A stretch of DNA of 64,000 nt from Minisyncoccota bacterium (lineage in GTDB: Bacteria > Patescibacteriota > Minisyncoccia > Phycocordibacterales > UBA2100). The notes under the pieces are model-generated. The model had not been told where the DNA came from. It was given only the letters and a program-made list of their open reading frames with translations, and did not search any database. Both the position numbers and the translations under genes were made by a program. Shown here piece by piece: positions 1-9,080 of this stretch. The stretch spans positions 112,840 through 176,839 of the forward strand of contig DASSSZ010000005.1 of assembly GCA_035708165.1 (NCBI GenBank). Reading direction: 5' to 3'. The stretch's first letter is position 1, and each line of letters starts with the position of its first letter.

Positions 1-723
1 CGCACCGAGATCACGCAGTACGACCTCATCCGCTCCATCGAGAAGGTCATGCTCGGCCCCGAGCGCCGGAGCCACGTGCTCAATAAGAAGGAGAAGGAGA
101 TCACCGCATACCACGAAGCGGGGCACGCGGTGCTGGCGAGCGTCCTGCCGTACGCCGATCCGGTGCACAAGGTCTCCATCATCTCGCGCGGCCGCGCGGC
201 AGGCTACACGCTGAAGCTCCCGCTCGACGAGCGACGCATGCAGACCAAGCGGGAATTCCTCGACGATATCGCCGTCTCGATCGGCGGCTACGTGACCGAG
301 CAGCTGATCTTCGACGACCTCACGACCGGCCCGTCGAACGACTTGCAGGTCCTCACCGGGCTTGCGCGCGACATGGTCGCCCGCTGGGGGATGTCCGAGT
401 CCGTCGGCCCGATCGCGCTCACGAGCAATGGCGGCCGGCCGCTCTTCGGCGGCACCGGCGTCGAAGGGTCGGAATACTCCGAGCAGGTCGCCGCGCAGAT
501 CGATGACGAGGTGAGGCGGATCATCACTGAGGCCTACGACCGCGCGAAGACGGAGATCACGAAGCATCGCGACCTTCTCGAAGCGATCGCGAAGCGCCTG
601 GTGGATGTGGAGACGATCGAGCGCGAGGAGTTCGAAGGCATCCTGCGCGCGCATGGCGTGACGCCGAAGCACCGCGAGGACGCGATCGACCTCGTCTCCG
701 AAGCGCCATCCATCCAGGAGTAG
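1..723 (+). CDS. ftsH: ATP-dependent zinc metalloprotease FtsH, C-terminal M41 protease domain (5'-truncated by window)
   Basis: Frame open from base 1; TAYHEAGH zinc motif, RGRAAGYT and GPSNDL motifs typical of FtsH. Confidence 0.95.
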   Translation, partial: RTEITQYDLIRSIEKVMLGPERRSHVLNKKEKEITAYHEAGHAVLASVLPYADPVHKVSIISRGRAAGYTLKLPLDERRMQTKREFLDDIAVSIGGYVTEQLIFDDLTTGPSNDLQVLTGLARDMVARWGMSESVGPIALTSNGGRPLFGGTGVEGSEYSEQVAAQIDDEVRRIITEAYDRAKTEITKHRDLLEAIAKRLVDVETIEREEFEGILRAHGVTPKHREDAIDLVSEAPSIQE

Positions 724-788
724 CACCGCTGCTTCCTATGCACACGCACGCCGCCATCCCCATGGCGGCGTGCGGTATACTGGACGGC

Positions 789-1790
789 ATGGATGCCGTA
801 GAAAAAATGAGTCCCGAAGACGCTGCGAAGATGGCAGCGATCAATGAGAAGATCGATGCGCGCCGCGCAGGCGCGATGAACGTGATGCCGGATGCGCCCG
901 AAGCCGCGCCGGCCCCGAGCAGCGCGCGCGAGCAGCTGCACGGCAACGACAGCTTCCTCGCGAAGTTCATGCCGCACCGGAAGGAGGCGAATGGGGATCA
1001 GCCGGCGGACGAAGCGGCCATCGAGGCTGCGGCGGGCTCGATCAAGGACGAGCAGGTCGCTGCGGAAGCCCCGGCCCCGGCTCCTGCGCCTGAAGCGGCG
1101 CCGGCGGCAGGCGGCATCGATCCCTCGCTGACGCCCGAACAGGCCGAAGCCCGCGCAGCGGGCGGCATTGCGCCGGTCATGGCGATGCCGCGCATGGAAG
1201 CGCCTGCTGCACCGGCCGCTCCCGCTCCTGCGAACGAGCAGGCACCGGCTGCGTCCTCGGACACGGATGCACTCCGGAAGCAGTACGAAGACCAGCTGAA
1301 TACGATGATGAACGCACCGGCAGCCCCTGCCGCGCCGAGCGAGGCTGCACCGGCCGCTTCCGTTCCTGCGCCGGCAGAGCGGCATGATGTGCCGGCCCCC
1401 GCGAAGCCGTCGGTGAGCGATCGCCTCACGGAAGCGCTCGAGCGCGAGCACGCGAAGACAGGCCAGGATGCCGCGAAGCCGGAGGCCGTGCCGGCAAAGC
1501 CGATTGCCGCTGCACCGAGCGTCGCTCCCGCAGAGGTCGCGCCGCATGCCGTTGCGAAGAGCGAGTCTGCGCACGAGCACGCGAAGGCCGAGGCAGCTCC
1601 GCATGCGGATGCCGATCTCGTGAAGCTGATGGAGCGCCTCGACAAGGAAGAGGCTGACGCGAAGCAGGCGCTTGCCGCGATCACGCAGAAACGCGAGCGC
1701 TTCCTCGAAGCGAAGAAGAAGCTCGACGCGCTCCGCGCGCAGGAAGCCGCAGAGAAGCAGAAGCTCGAGGAGCTGCTGAAGGCCGCGTAG
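789..1790 (+). CDS. Ala/Pro/Glu-rich, probably disordered protein with C-terminal coiled coil
   Basis: ORF followed by terminator hairpin; TATACT at 776-781 lies 7 nt before ATG 789; charged heptad-like C-terminus. Confidence 0.75.
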   Translation: MDAVEKMSPEDAAKMAAINEKIDARRAGAMNVMPDAPEAAPAPSSAREQLHGNDSFLAKFMPHRKEANGDQPADEAAIEAAAGSIKDEQVAAEAPAPAPAPEAAPAAGGIDPSLTPEQAEARAAGGIAPVMAMPRMEAPAAPAAPAPANEQAPAASSDTDALRKQYEDQLNTMMNAPAAPAAPSEAAPAASVPAPAERHDVPAPAKPSVSDRLTEALEREHAKTGQDAAKPEAVPAKPIAAAPSVAPAEVAPHAVAKSESAHEHAKAEAAPHADADLVKLMERLDKEEADAKQALAAITQKRERFLEAKKKLDALRAQEAAEKQKLEELLKAA

Positions 1791-1808
1791 CCTCTCGCGC
1801 CCGCATGA

Positions 1809-1837
1809 AACGGCCGCTCCCTTTGGGAGCGGCCGTT
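1809..1837. terminator. Probable bidirectional terminator hairpin
   Basis: AACGGCCGCTCCC-ttt-GGGAGCGGCCGTT inverted repeat between convergent genes. Confidence 0.7.
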
Positions 1838-1839
1838 CG

Positions 1840-1935
1840 CTACTGCGCGAGCACGCGGTAGCGCTTCACTGAAGCAAGCCGCCGGATGACAAGCATCGCG
1901 ATACACGCGATAAGGACGATGGCACAGAACAGCAT
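1840..1935 (-). CDS. 31-aa single-TM small protein (not in ORF track)
   Basis: MLFCAIVLIACIAMLVIRRLASVKRYRVLAQ*; AGGAGA 5 nt upstream; TTGCAC-17nt-TATCAT promoter (1987-1992, 1964-1969). Confidence 0.55.
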   Translation of the reverse strand: MLFCAIVLIACIAMLVIRRLASVKRYRVLAQ

Positions 1936-2022
1936 CCGCCTCTCCTATGGTGCGAACGGCTGCATGATACGGCTGCTGGCAGCTCGGTGCAATCCTTGAC
2001 CGGTCTGCTATAGTAGCCGCAT

Positions 2023-2096
2023 CCGCCCGTAGCTCAGCTGGTTAGAGCTCGGAGCTTATACCTCCGCGGTCCTTGGTTCGAATCCAAGCGGGCGGA
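2023..2096 (+). tRNA. tRNA-Ile(UAU)
   Basis: Full cloverleaf: CCGCCCG/CGGGCGG acceptor, CGGAG-CT TAT AC-CTCCG anticodon arm, TTCGAAT T-loop, A discriminator; CCA not encoded. Confidence 0.9.
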
Positions 2097-2193
2097 CACG
2101 CATTCGCAATTCGTACGAGCGGCACCAGGGTGGCGTGGGATATTCCGCCGCGGTCCTTGGTCGGATCAGTGGGCAGGCGTGCACCGCAAGGAT

Positions 2194-4461
2194 CTACTCC
2201 TGGTGCAGCGCCTGCGCGATCGCGCGCGTGCGTGCGCGCAAGGCAGGGTGCGCATCGAGCGCAGGATCGGCTGCGAGGACGGCTGCGGCTTCCGCGCGCG
2301 CTGCCTCGATCAGGCGCGGGTTCTTCAGCGCTTCCATGCCGAGATCTGAGACGCCCCACTGCGAACGACCGTAGAGGTCGCCGGCGCCACGGTTCGCGAG
2401 ATCTGCTTCCGCGAGGGCGAACCCGTCCGCGCTTCTCTCGAGCGCCCTGAGGCGGCTGAGCGATGCCTGCGAGCTCGTGTCCGGCAGGAGGTAGCAGAAG
2501 GCATCGAACGCGCTGCGCCGCACGCGGCCGCGCAGCTGGTGGAGCTGCGAGAGCCCGAAGCGCTCCGCGCCCTCGATCGCGATCACGGTCGCGTTGGGGA
2601 CATTCACGCCGACTTCGATCACCGACGTGGCTACGAGGATCTGCGTCTCATTCGCGGCGAATGCCGCCATTGCCGCGTCCTTCTCGTCCGGCTTCATCTT
2701 GCCGTGGATGAGCCCGACCGCGTATTCGGGGAAGACATCCGCAGCGAGGCGTTTCGCTTCCGCGATCGCGCTCTTCGCCTGGAGCGCCATCTCCTTGGCC
2801 GGATCCGGCTCATCGATGCGCGGGCAGACGATATACGCCTGCCGGCCTGCCGCGAGCTCGCGGCGGATAGCCGCGTACATGGCATCGCGCTCGCTCTTCT
2901 TCACGAGTGTCGTGGTGATTCCTGCGCGCTGCGGCGGCAGCTCGTCGAGGACGCTGATATCGAGGTCGCCGTAGATGGTCAAGGCGAGCGTGCGGGGGAT
3001 CGGGGTCGCGGTCATGCTGAGGAAATGCGGCGCGCCATTCGCCTGCGATCGGCGCGCTTCCTCGCTGCGGCCCACCTGCGCCTCGGCTACAGCCCGCCGG
3101 TGCGCATTCTTCGGCGCATTCCCCGCGCCTCGAACCGCATCCGATTCCGGACGGATTGAATTCTTCTGCGCGAGCGCCTGTCTCTGCCGCGTCCCGAACC
3201 GATGCTGCTCATCCACGATCGCGTAGGCGAGGTTGCGGAACTTCACCGTCTTCTGGATCAAGGCGTGCGTGCCGACGACCATCGCGATCTCGCCTCCGGC
3301 GACCCATTTGAGGAGCTGCGCGCGGGAGATCTTCGTCGGCTCGGTGCGATTCACCTTCGAGGGGTACTTCCAGCAGCCGCTCCCGGTGATGAGGGCGAGC
3401 GAGATCGGGAGCTCCTTGAAGTACTCGATGAACGAGCGGAAGTGCTGCCCGGCGAGGATCTCGGTCGGCGCCATGTAGGCGACCTGCAGGGTCCCGCTCT
3501 CGCGCCCGGCCGGGCGGCTGGTAACCGCGGCGTAGCTCGTCACGGCGGCGACGGCAGTCTTGCCGGCGCCCACGTCGCCCTCGAGGAGGCGCGCCATGGG
3601 GTGCGGCTTCCGGAAATCCGCGAAGATCTCGGCGATCGCGCGCTTCTGCGCGCCGGTGAGCGCGTAGGGGAAGGTCGCGGCGAATCGCGCCGCCTGCGCC
3701 TCATCGGCATCGATCGCAGGCGCGCGCATCGCATCGTTCTCGCCGCGCTCGAGCCGCTTGCTCGCCTGGATCACGAAGATCTCCTCGAACGCGAAGCGCT
3801 TCCGCGCGGCCTCGGCGTCGCGCAGGTTCTGCGGCGTGTGCATATAGATGAGCGCAGCGGGAAGCGCGGGGAGATGCAGCTTCTCGGCGACATCCGCCGG
3901 GATCGGGTCGTCGAGCGTATCCTGCAGGCCCGCTTCGAAGAGGCGCCGCACGGCATGGTAGAACCATCTGCTCGTGATGCCCTTCGTCTCCGGATAGACG
4001 GGGTAGAGCGTATCGTCCCCATCCGGTTCTCCGAGCAGGGGGGCGGGGATCGCCGAGCGCGAGATCGGCTCGATCTCCGGGTTCGTGATGTAGGGCTTGT
4101 CCTTGCCGGCGACGGTGCCGGTGAGCCGGACAGGGACGCCCATGGGCACCATCTTCGCGATATACGGCTGGTTGAACCACAGCACCTTGATCCTGCCGGT
4201 GCCATCCTCGAAGTAGCCTTGCGCCACGTTGCGCTTGCTCTTCCAGAGCTTCTTCGCTTCGAGCCTGCTCAGCTGCCCGTAGAGCGTGACGTGCTGCCCG
4301 CTCTCTAGCGCGGCGACGCTGCCGCCCTCGCCTGCGCGCTCATGCCGGACAGGGAAGTGGCGCAGCAGGTCCTCGAGCGTGACGAGCCCCAGGCGCTTGA
4401 GCGCGCTCTGCTGCACCGGCGTCAGCCGGAACTGCTGGATGATCGGATCCGTCGCGCGCAT
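2194..4461 (-). CDS. recG: ATP-dependent DNA helicase RecG
   Basis: GDVGAGKT, DEQHRFG, MTATPIPRTL, QLRGRV, wedge/OB region; start set at ATG 4461, 6 nt after TATACT. Confidence 0.95.
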   Translation of the reverse strand: MRATDPIIQQFRLTPVQQSALKRLGLVTLEDLLRHFPVRHERAGEGGSVAALESGQHVTLYGQLSRLEAKKLWKSKRNVAQGYFEDGTGRIKVLWFNQPYIAKMVPMGVPVRLTGTVAGKDKPYITNPEIEPISRSAIPAPLLGEPDGDDTLYPVYPETKGITSRWFYHAVRRLFEAGLQDTLDDPIPADVAEKLHLPALPAALIYMHTPQNLRDAEAARKRFAFEEIFVIQASKRLERGENDAMRAPAIDADEAQAARFAATFPYALTGAQKRAIAEIFADFRKPHPMARLLEGDVGAGKTAVAAVTSYAAVTSRPAGRESGTLQVAYMAPTEILAGQHFRSFIEYFKELPISLALITGSGCWKYPSKVNRTEPTKISRAQLLKWVAGGEIAMVVGTHALIQKTVKFRNLAYAIVDEQHRFGTRQRQALAQKNSIRPESDAVRGAGNAPKNAHRRAVAEAQVGRSEEARRSQANGAPHFLSMTATPIPRTLALTIYGDLDISVLDELPPQRAGITTTLVKKSERDAMYAAIRRELAAGRQAYIVCPRIDEPDPAKEMALQAKSAIAEAKRLAADVFPEYAVGLIHGKMKPDEKDAAMAAFAANETQILVATSVIEVGVNVPNATVIAIEGAERFGLSQLHQLRGRVRRSAFDAFCYLLPDTSSQASLSRLRALERSADGFALAEADLANRGAGDLYGRSQWGVSDLGMEALKNPRLIEAARAEAAAVLAADPALDAHPALRARTRAIAQALHQE

Positions 4462-4477
4462 GCGGGCAGTATACCCG

Positions 4478-6202
4478 CTAGAGGAAGATGCGTGCGAGAC
4501 GGATGTCATCGAAGGAGTAGGAGGAACCGAGCTTCGACTTGGCGGCGCCGAGCGGCATCTCGCCGCCGCGGCTCTTCGCGATGCCCTCGAGCGCCGTTTT
4601 CATCTTCCCGAAGCGCTTCGCCTCCGGCTTGAGGTATTCGATGTCCGCACGCGTGATCTTCCCTTCGCCGAGCAGCTTCTCGACATGCCCGATGATCGTG
4701 CCTTCCGTGAGGCCGCGCGCCTTCGCCATCTCGGCGATGCCGCGCTGCTCATTGATGAGCGCGCGCGTCGCGTCGAAAGTCGCGCCGGGCTTCTGCTTCG
4801 GGCGGGGCTCCGCGGAGGGCGCGTACGCGATCTCTTTGAGAGAGCCTCCCGCCGCACGCAGGAAATTCTCATGGAGTGTCGCGAGCTCGGCGGGATCGAG
4901 TGCGGCGAACTGCTCCGCAGCCGCATCGGACCGCTCGCGGAAGGCAGCGTCGGCCGCGAGGATCTCGGGATGCACTTCGAGCGCGCGCTTGTTAAGGCCG
5001 GCGAGCGAAAGGCCCTCGAGCGAGCGCACGCGCGAGAGCGCCACGTATCCCTGTCCGTACTCGAAGACGTCCGAGAGGTCCATGTGCGCCGCATCGAGCG
5101 ACATCCCTTGGCTCTTATGCACCGTCATCGCCCAGGCGAGCCGCAGCGGCACCTGCCGGATCGAGGCGAGCACGCGGCCGCCTTCTTCGAGGCGCCATTC
5201 ATCGGGCTCCGCGACGATCGTCGCGCCATCGTGCGTCCGTACGATCGGGTAGCCGCTCCCGTCCGCGAAGCCGGCCACTTCGCCCAGGGTGCCGTTCGCG
5301 TAGCGGTGCATTGCCGCATCGTTCTTCGTGAACATGACGCGGGCGCCTTCCTTCAAGACGAGCGTCTCGGGAGAGAGGCACCCGCGCACCAGGGCGGCGA
5401 CCAGGTTCGCGGGCCCGGCGCTCGTCATCGAGAATGCGCGTCTGTCGCCGGCAAGCGCGCCAAGAGCGCGATCGTTCAGAGCGTCCACGTTCGCGTTCCT
5501 GCTGTAGAGCTGCGTGACGCCCGGAGCAGGGCGCGACGCGTAGCGCGTGCGCAGGAGCGCGAGGTGCTGCTCGCCGTGCGTGCCGCTCCTCACGGCGTTG
5601 AGGAATTCGAGGAACGGCTCATCGCTCTGACGATGCTGCTCGGTGAGGTAGCAGATGAGCGGGTCGAGCGCGTCCCATGCCGCGCTCCCGAAGGCGAAGC
5701 GCGGCGCGGGAGGCGCGTCGTCATAGACGATCTCCTGAGCGGCGCGCTGCTCGCTGCCCTTTGTCTCGACGGGCGGCAGCTGGAAGAAATCGCCGACGAG
5801 CACCACAGTGAGGCCGCCGAATGGGCGCGCATCGCGCCGCACTTCGCGGCAGACAGCGTCCACCATGCTGAGCGTCGCCGCTGAGAGCATCGAGATCTCA
5901 TCGATGATGAGGACCGCGGGTGCGGTGATCCGCTTCACCGCGTTCTTGTTCTGGCTGATCGCATCGAGGTCGTACGCGCTGAGGTCGCGCTTGATGCCGA
6001 TGCCGCTCCAGGAGTGGATGGTCATGCCGCCGATGTGCGTCGCGGCGATGCCGGTCGAGGCGGTGATCGCCGGCTCGAGCCCGTGGCGGCGCAGGTATTC
6101 GACGAATCGGTTGATCGTGTACGTCTTGCCCGCGCCCGGCTCGCCGGTAAGGAAGGCGGATGCGCCGGTCTTCAGTATCGCGAGCGCTTCATCCTGCGTC
6201 AT
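4478..6202 (-). CDS. PIF1/RecD-like SF1B helicase with C-terminal helix-turn-helix
   Basis: GEPGAGKT, IIDEISM, GDFFQLPP, TVHKSQG, YVALSR; C-terminal ARGLTEGTIIGHV HTH-like segment. Confidence 0.88.
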   Translation of the reverse strand: MTQDEALAILKTGASAFLTGEPGAGKTYTINRFVEYLRRHGLEPAITASTGIAATHIGGMTIHSWSGIGIKRDLSAYDLDAISQNKNAVKRITAPAVLIIDEISMLSAATLSMVDAVCREVRRDARPFGGLTVVLVGDFFQLPPVETKGSEQRAAQEIVYDDAPPAPRFAFGSAAWDALDPLICYLTEQHRQSDEPFLEFLNAVRSGTHGEQHLALLRTRYASRPAPGVTQLYSRNANVDALNDRALGALAGDRRAFSMTSAGPANLVAALVRGCLSPETLVLKEGARVMFTKNDAAMHRYANGTLGEVAGFADGSGYPIVRTHDGATIVAEPDEWRLEEGGRVLASIRQVPLRLAWAMTVHKSQGMSLDAAHMDLSDVFEYGQGYVALSRVRSLEGLSLAGLNKRALEVHPEILAADAAFRERSDAAAEQFAALDPAELATLHENFLRAAGGSLKEIAYAPSAEPRPKQKPGATFDATRALINEQRGIAEMAKARGLTEGTIIGHVEKLLGEGKITRADIEYLKPEAKRFGKMKTALEGIAKSRGGEMPLGAAKSKLGSSYSFDDIRLARIFL

Positions 6203-6229
6203 GCCCGCATTCTAGCAAACGCAGCAGGC

Positions 6230-7456
6230 TTAGAAATCGATCTCGATATGCTCAGGCCTGAATCCGAGACCGATGACACGCGCGGGGATGCGGCGCAGGA
6301 TCGGGAACCAGGCGAGGAACCGGAACGGCAGCGGCATGCGCACTCCTTTCTTCGCGCGAAGGATGGGGGCGAGGAACCGGTCCTGCAGCAGGACCTGCAG
6401 CTTCTGCATGCGCAGCGCCGCCGGCGCGCGCCTCGCCTCGACGGCGTTGAGCGTCGCGAGCGGGAGCGCGCCCTTCTTGGCGCGTAGCGCGGGCACGAGG
6501 ATGTTCGCGGCTCCGATCGCATCCGCGATCGCGTAATTGATGCCGACGCCGCCGACGGGGGACATCGCGTGCGCCGCGTCGCCGATCAGGAGGATGCCGT
6601 CCGCGGCCCACGGCGATACGTGATCAACCGCGACCGAGAGGAGCTTCACGTCGTCCCAGCTCTCGATGCCGGCGAGCGCGCCTTGGGGGAGCTTCGCGAG
6701 CGTGGCGATCGAGGAGCGGAACGCGTCCAGCCCTGCGGCCTTGATCGCATCGAATGCGCCTTTCTCGATGATGAATCCGCACTGCCAATAGTCGTGGCGG
6801 TCGAGCATCACGAGCGCGCCGCCTGCTTCCGTATACGCCAGCGATTCGCGCGTGTCGGCGTCGTGCCGGTCGATCCGGAACCAGAGCACATCGATCGGGA
6901 CGCCGAGCGCCGCGACCTTCGCGCCGAGCGCGTCGCGCATCGTCGAGTGGCGGCCGTCGGCGCCGATCACGAGATCCGCGCTGATATCGAACGCGCCATC
7001 GGCGTCGCGCGCCGTAATGCCGGTGATGCGGCCGCTCTCGTCGCGGATGAGCCCGGTCGCATCCGTCGCCATCAGGAGGGTGAACGCAGGGAACGCGGCG
7101 GCTTTGGTGGCGAGGAAATTGAGGAAATCCCACTGCGGGATGAACGCGATGAAACGCGCGCGAGTGGGGAGGTGCGAGAAATCGGCGACTGCCACTTCAT
7201 CGGGGCCTACGGTGAGCGACATACGCGCCATCTCGCTGTGCGGGAGCGCCAGGAACTCATCGAGGAGCCCGAGCTCGGCGAGCGCATCCATCGTGCTCGG
7301 GTGGATGGTATCTCCGCGGAAGTCGCGGAAGAAGTCCGGCCATTTCTCGAGCACGATGACGCTGATCCCGGCTCGCGCGAGGAGATAACCGAGCATGATG
7401 CCTGCGGGCCCGCCGCCGGCGATGCAGACGCGGGCCTCCTTGTGTCGTGTGTCCAT
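6230..7456 (-). CDS. FAD-dependent monooxygenase (UbiH/PHBH-like)
   Basis: IAGGGPAG, GADGRHS, IGDAAHAMSPVGGVGIN motifs; start ATG 7456, 6 nt after TATACT. Confidence 0.88.
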   Translation of the reverse strand: MDTRHKEARVCIAGGGPAGIMLGYLLARAGISVIVLEKWPDFFRDFRGDTIHPSTMDALAELGLLDEFLALPHSEMARMSLTVGPDEVAVADFSHLPTRARFIAFIPQWDFLNFLATKAAAFPAFTLLMATDATGLIRDESGRITGITARDADGAFDISADLVIGADGRHSTMRDALGAKVAALGVPIDVLWFRIDRHDADTRESLAYTEAGGALVMLDRHDYWQCGFIIEKGAFDAIKAAGLDAFRSSIATLAKLPQGALAGIESWDDVKLLSVAVDHVSPWAADGILLIGDAAHAMSPVGGVGINYAIADAIGAANILVPALRAKKGALPLATLNAVEARRAPAALRMQKLQVLLQDRFLAPILRAKKGVRMPLPFRFLAWFPILRRIPARVIGLGFRPEHIEIDF

Positions 7457-7543
7457 GCCCTCAGTATACCCGTATCGGAGCGATCGGCGCCGGGAGCCCA
7501 CAGCACCGCTCTTCGCTGCGCAGAGATACGATACAATAGGCAT

Positions 7544-8389
7544 ATGCATGCACGTGCACTGTCATGCTGCCGGATCATCCTGGCATGCTTCGCGATTGCC
7601 ATAACCGCCCCTTCGGCGGCTATCGCTGCACAGCCCGCGGACGGGCTCGGCAGCGCGGTCGCGGTGACGGTCCCGTTCGCGGCAGCGCCGGGGGATATCA
7701 TCGCGTACGACGATGCGAGCGGCGCATACCGCCTCGCGCAGGAAGGTGACAGCGCCATCGCGGGCGTAGCTGTCGCGGATCCGCCCATCGTGCTCTTCAG
7801 CGGCACCGCAGCGAGCGGGACGCCGATCACGCGAAGCGGCAGCGTGCCGGTGCTGGTCTCGCTCGAGAATGGCCCGATCGCGGAAGGAGATGGCATCGCG
7901 ATCTCATCCGTCCCGGGCATCGGCATGCGAGCCGGCGCCTCGAGCAGCGCGGCAGTCGGCACTGCGCAGGAAGCGTTCGACGGGACGGATGCGACGGGCA
8001 CGCTCGCGATCGGCGGCCGCGCCGTGCCGGAAGACGCGATCAGCGTCATGCTCGCGGAGGCAGGTCCGGGCGCAGGCGGCGACGAGGGAGAAGGAGGCAT
8101 CGCCTGCACCGCTGGCGCGACCGCGTGCGCGATCATGGCGAAGATCAATGCTGCGCCGCTTGTCGCGCTGGTGCGCTACCTGCTCGCCGCCGCGCTCGCG
8201 TTCGGCTCGCTCTTCGTGGCCTTCCGGATCTTCGTCGCGAATGCGATCAACGGCATCGTCTCGATCGGGCGCAACCCGCTCGCCAAAGGCGCGATCCAGG
8301 CGATGATCATCCTCAACGCCGTGCTCGCAGCGTTCATCATGGTCGCGGGCGTCGGGGCGGGTATCGCCATCCTGCTCGTCCAGGCATGA
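7544..8389 (+). CDS. Signal peptide + phage tailspike chaperone-like domain + ATP synthase subunit c-like hairpin lacking the carboxylate
   Basis: N-terminal signal-like sequence; GSVPVLVSLENGPIAEGD..SSVPGIGM..GTAQEAF segment; two C-terminal hydrophobic helices joined by GRNP loop; TACAAT 6 nt before ATG. Confidence 0.7.
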   Translation: MHARALSCCRIILACFAIAITAPSAAIAAQPADGLGSAVAVTVPFAAAPGDIIAYDDASGAYRLAQEGDSAIAGVAVADPPIVLFSGTAASGTPITRSGSVPVLVSLENGPIAEGDGIAISSVPGIGMRAGASSSAAVGTAQEAFDGTDATGTLAIGGRAVPEDAISVMLAEAGPGAGGDEGEGGIACTAGATACAIMAKINAAPLVALVRYLLAAALAFGSLFVAFRIFVANAINGIVSIGRNPLAKGAIQAMIILNAVLAAFIMVAGVGAGIAILLVQA

Positions 8390-8414
8390 CGCCCGCGTGC
8401 TAGCATATCCACGT

Positions 8415-9080
8415 ATGATCCCTCTCGTCCTCTTCGCGATCGCCTCACTCGCTGTCCTGCTCATCGCGGCGGCGCTCGCGCTTGCGGCATACGCGTGGCT
8501 GCGCGGCCGGGGGGACGCGGCGCTCGCAAAGGAGGATGCGCGCCTGCGGGCCGAGCGCGAGGCGGCGGGCATCGTCGCGCATGCCGAGGACGAAGCGCGC
8601 GACCTCATGGGCGAGGCGCAGGAGGCGAGCATGCGGCTCGCATCCGCCCGCGCGTCTGAGGATGAGAAGGCGGCGCGCGCGTTCGAGGCGCGCTTCGATG
8701 CGCTCCTCGCGAAGCTCGAAGCCAGGCTCGATGCCACGGGCGAGGCGATCGCCGCGGCCGAGCAGCACGCGAGCGCCGAGGCCCTCGCGCGGCTCAAGGC
8801 ATCCGGCGAGACGGCACAGGCGCATCTCGAGGAGGCGCTTGCCGCGCTCGGGAAGGATGCATCCGCGCGGATCGAGACGGAGGTGGCGCAGGCGTTCTCA
8901 GCCGCGCGCGACGCAGCGGCGCAGTACGTCGCAGCGCGCACCGCGGCCGTGGATGCGCAGATAGGCGCGCTCATCAGCGAGACAGTGAAGGCGGTCCTCG
9001 GGAAAGACATGCCCGAGTCACTGACGGTCGAACTCGCGCAGAAGGCGCTCGAGGAGGCGAAAGCAGCGCATGTCTTCTAA
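8415..9080 (+). CDS. F-type ATPase subunit b-like peripheral stalk protein
   Basis: Single N-terminal TM helix then long Ala/Glu-rich coiled coil; position immediately upstream of delta/alpha-like genes. Confidence 0.65.
   Translation: MIPLVLFAIASLAVLLIAAALALAAYAWLRGRGDAALAKEDARLRAEREAAGIVAHAEDEARDLMGEAQEASMRLASARASEDEKAARAFEARFDALLAKLEARLDATGEAIAAAEQHASAEALARLKASGETAQAHLEEALAALGKDASARIETEVAQAFSAARDAAAQYVAARTAAVDAQIGALISETVKAVLGKDMPESLTVELAQKALEEAKAAHVF

Noticed and set aside
6569-7543. N-terminal extension of the 606-aa ORF 6569..8389
   Set aside because: Antisense to the monooxygenase; the signal peptide and -10 hexamer point to a start at 7544
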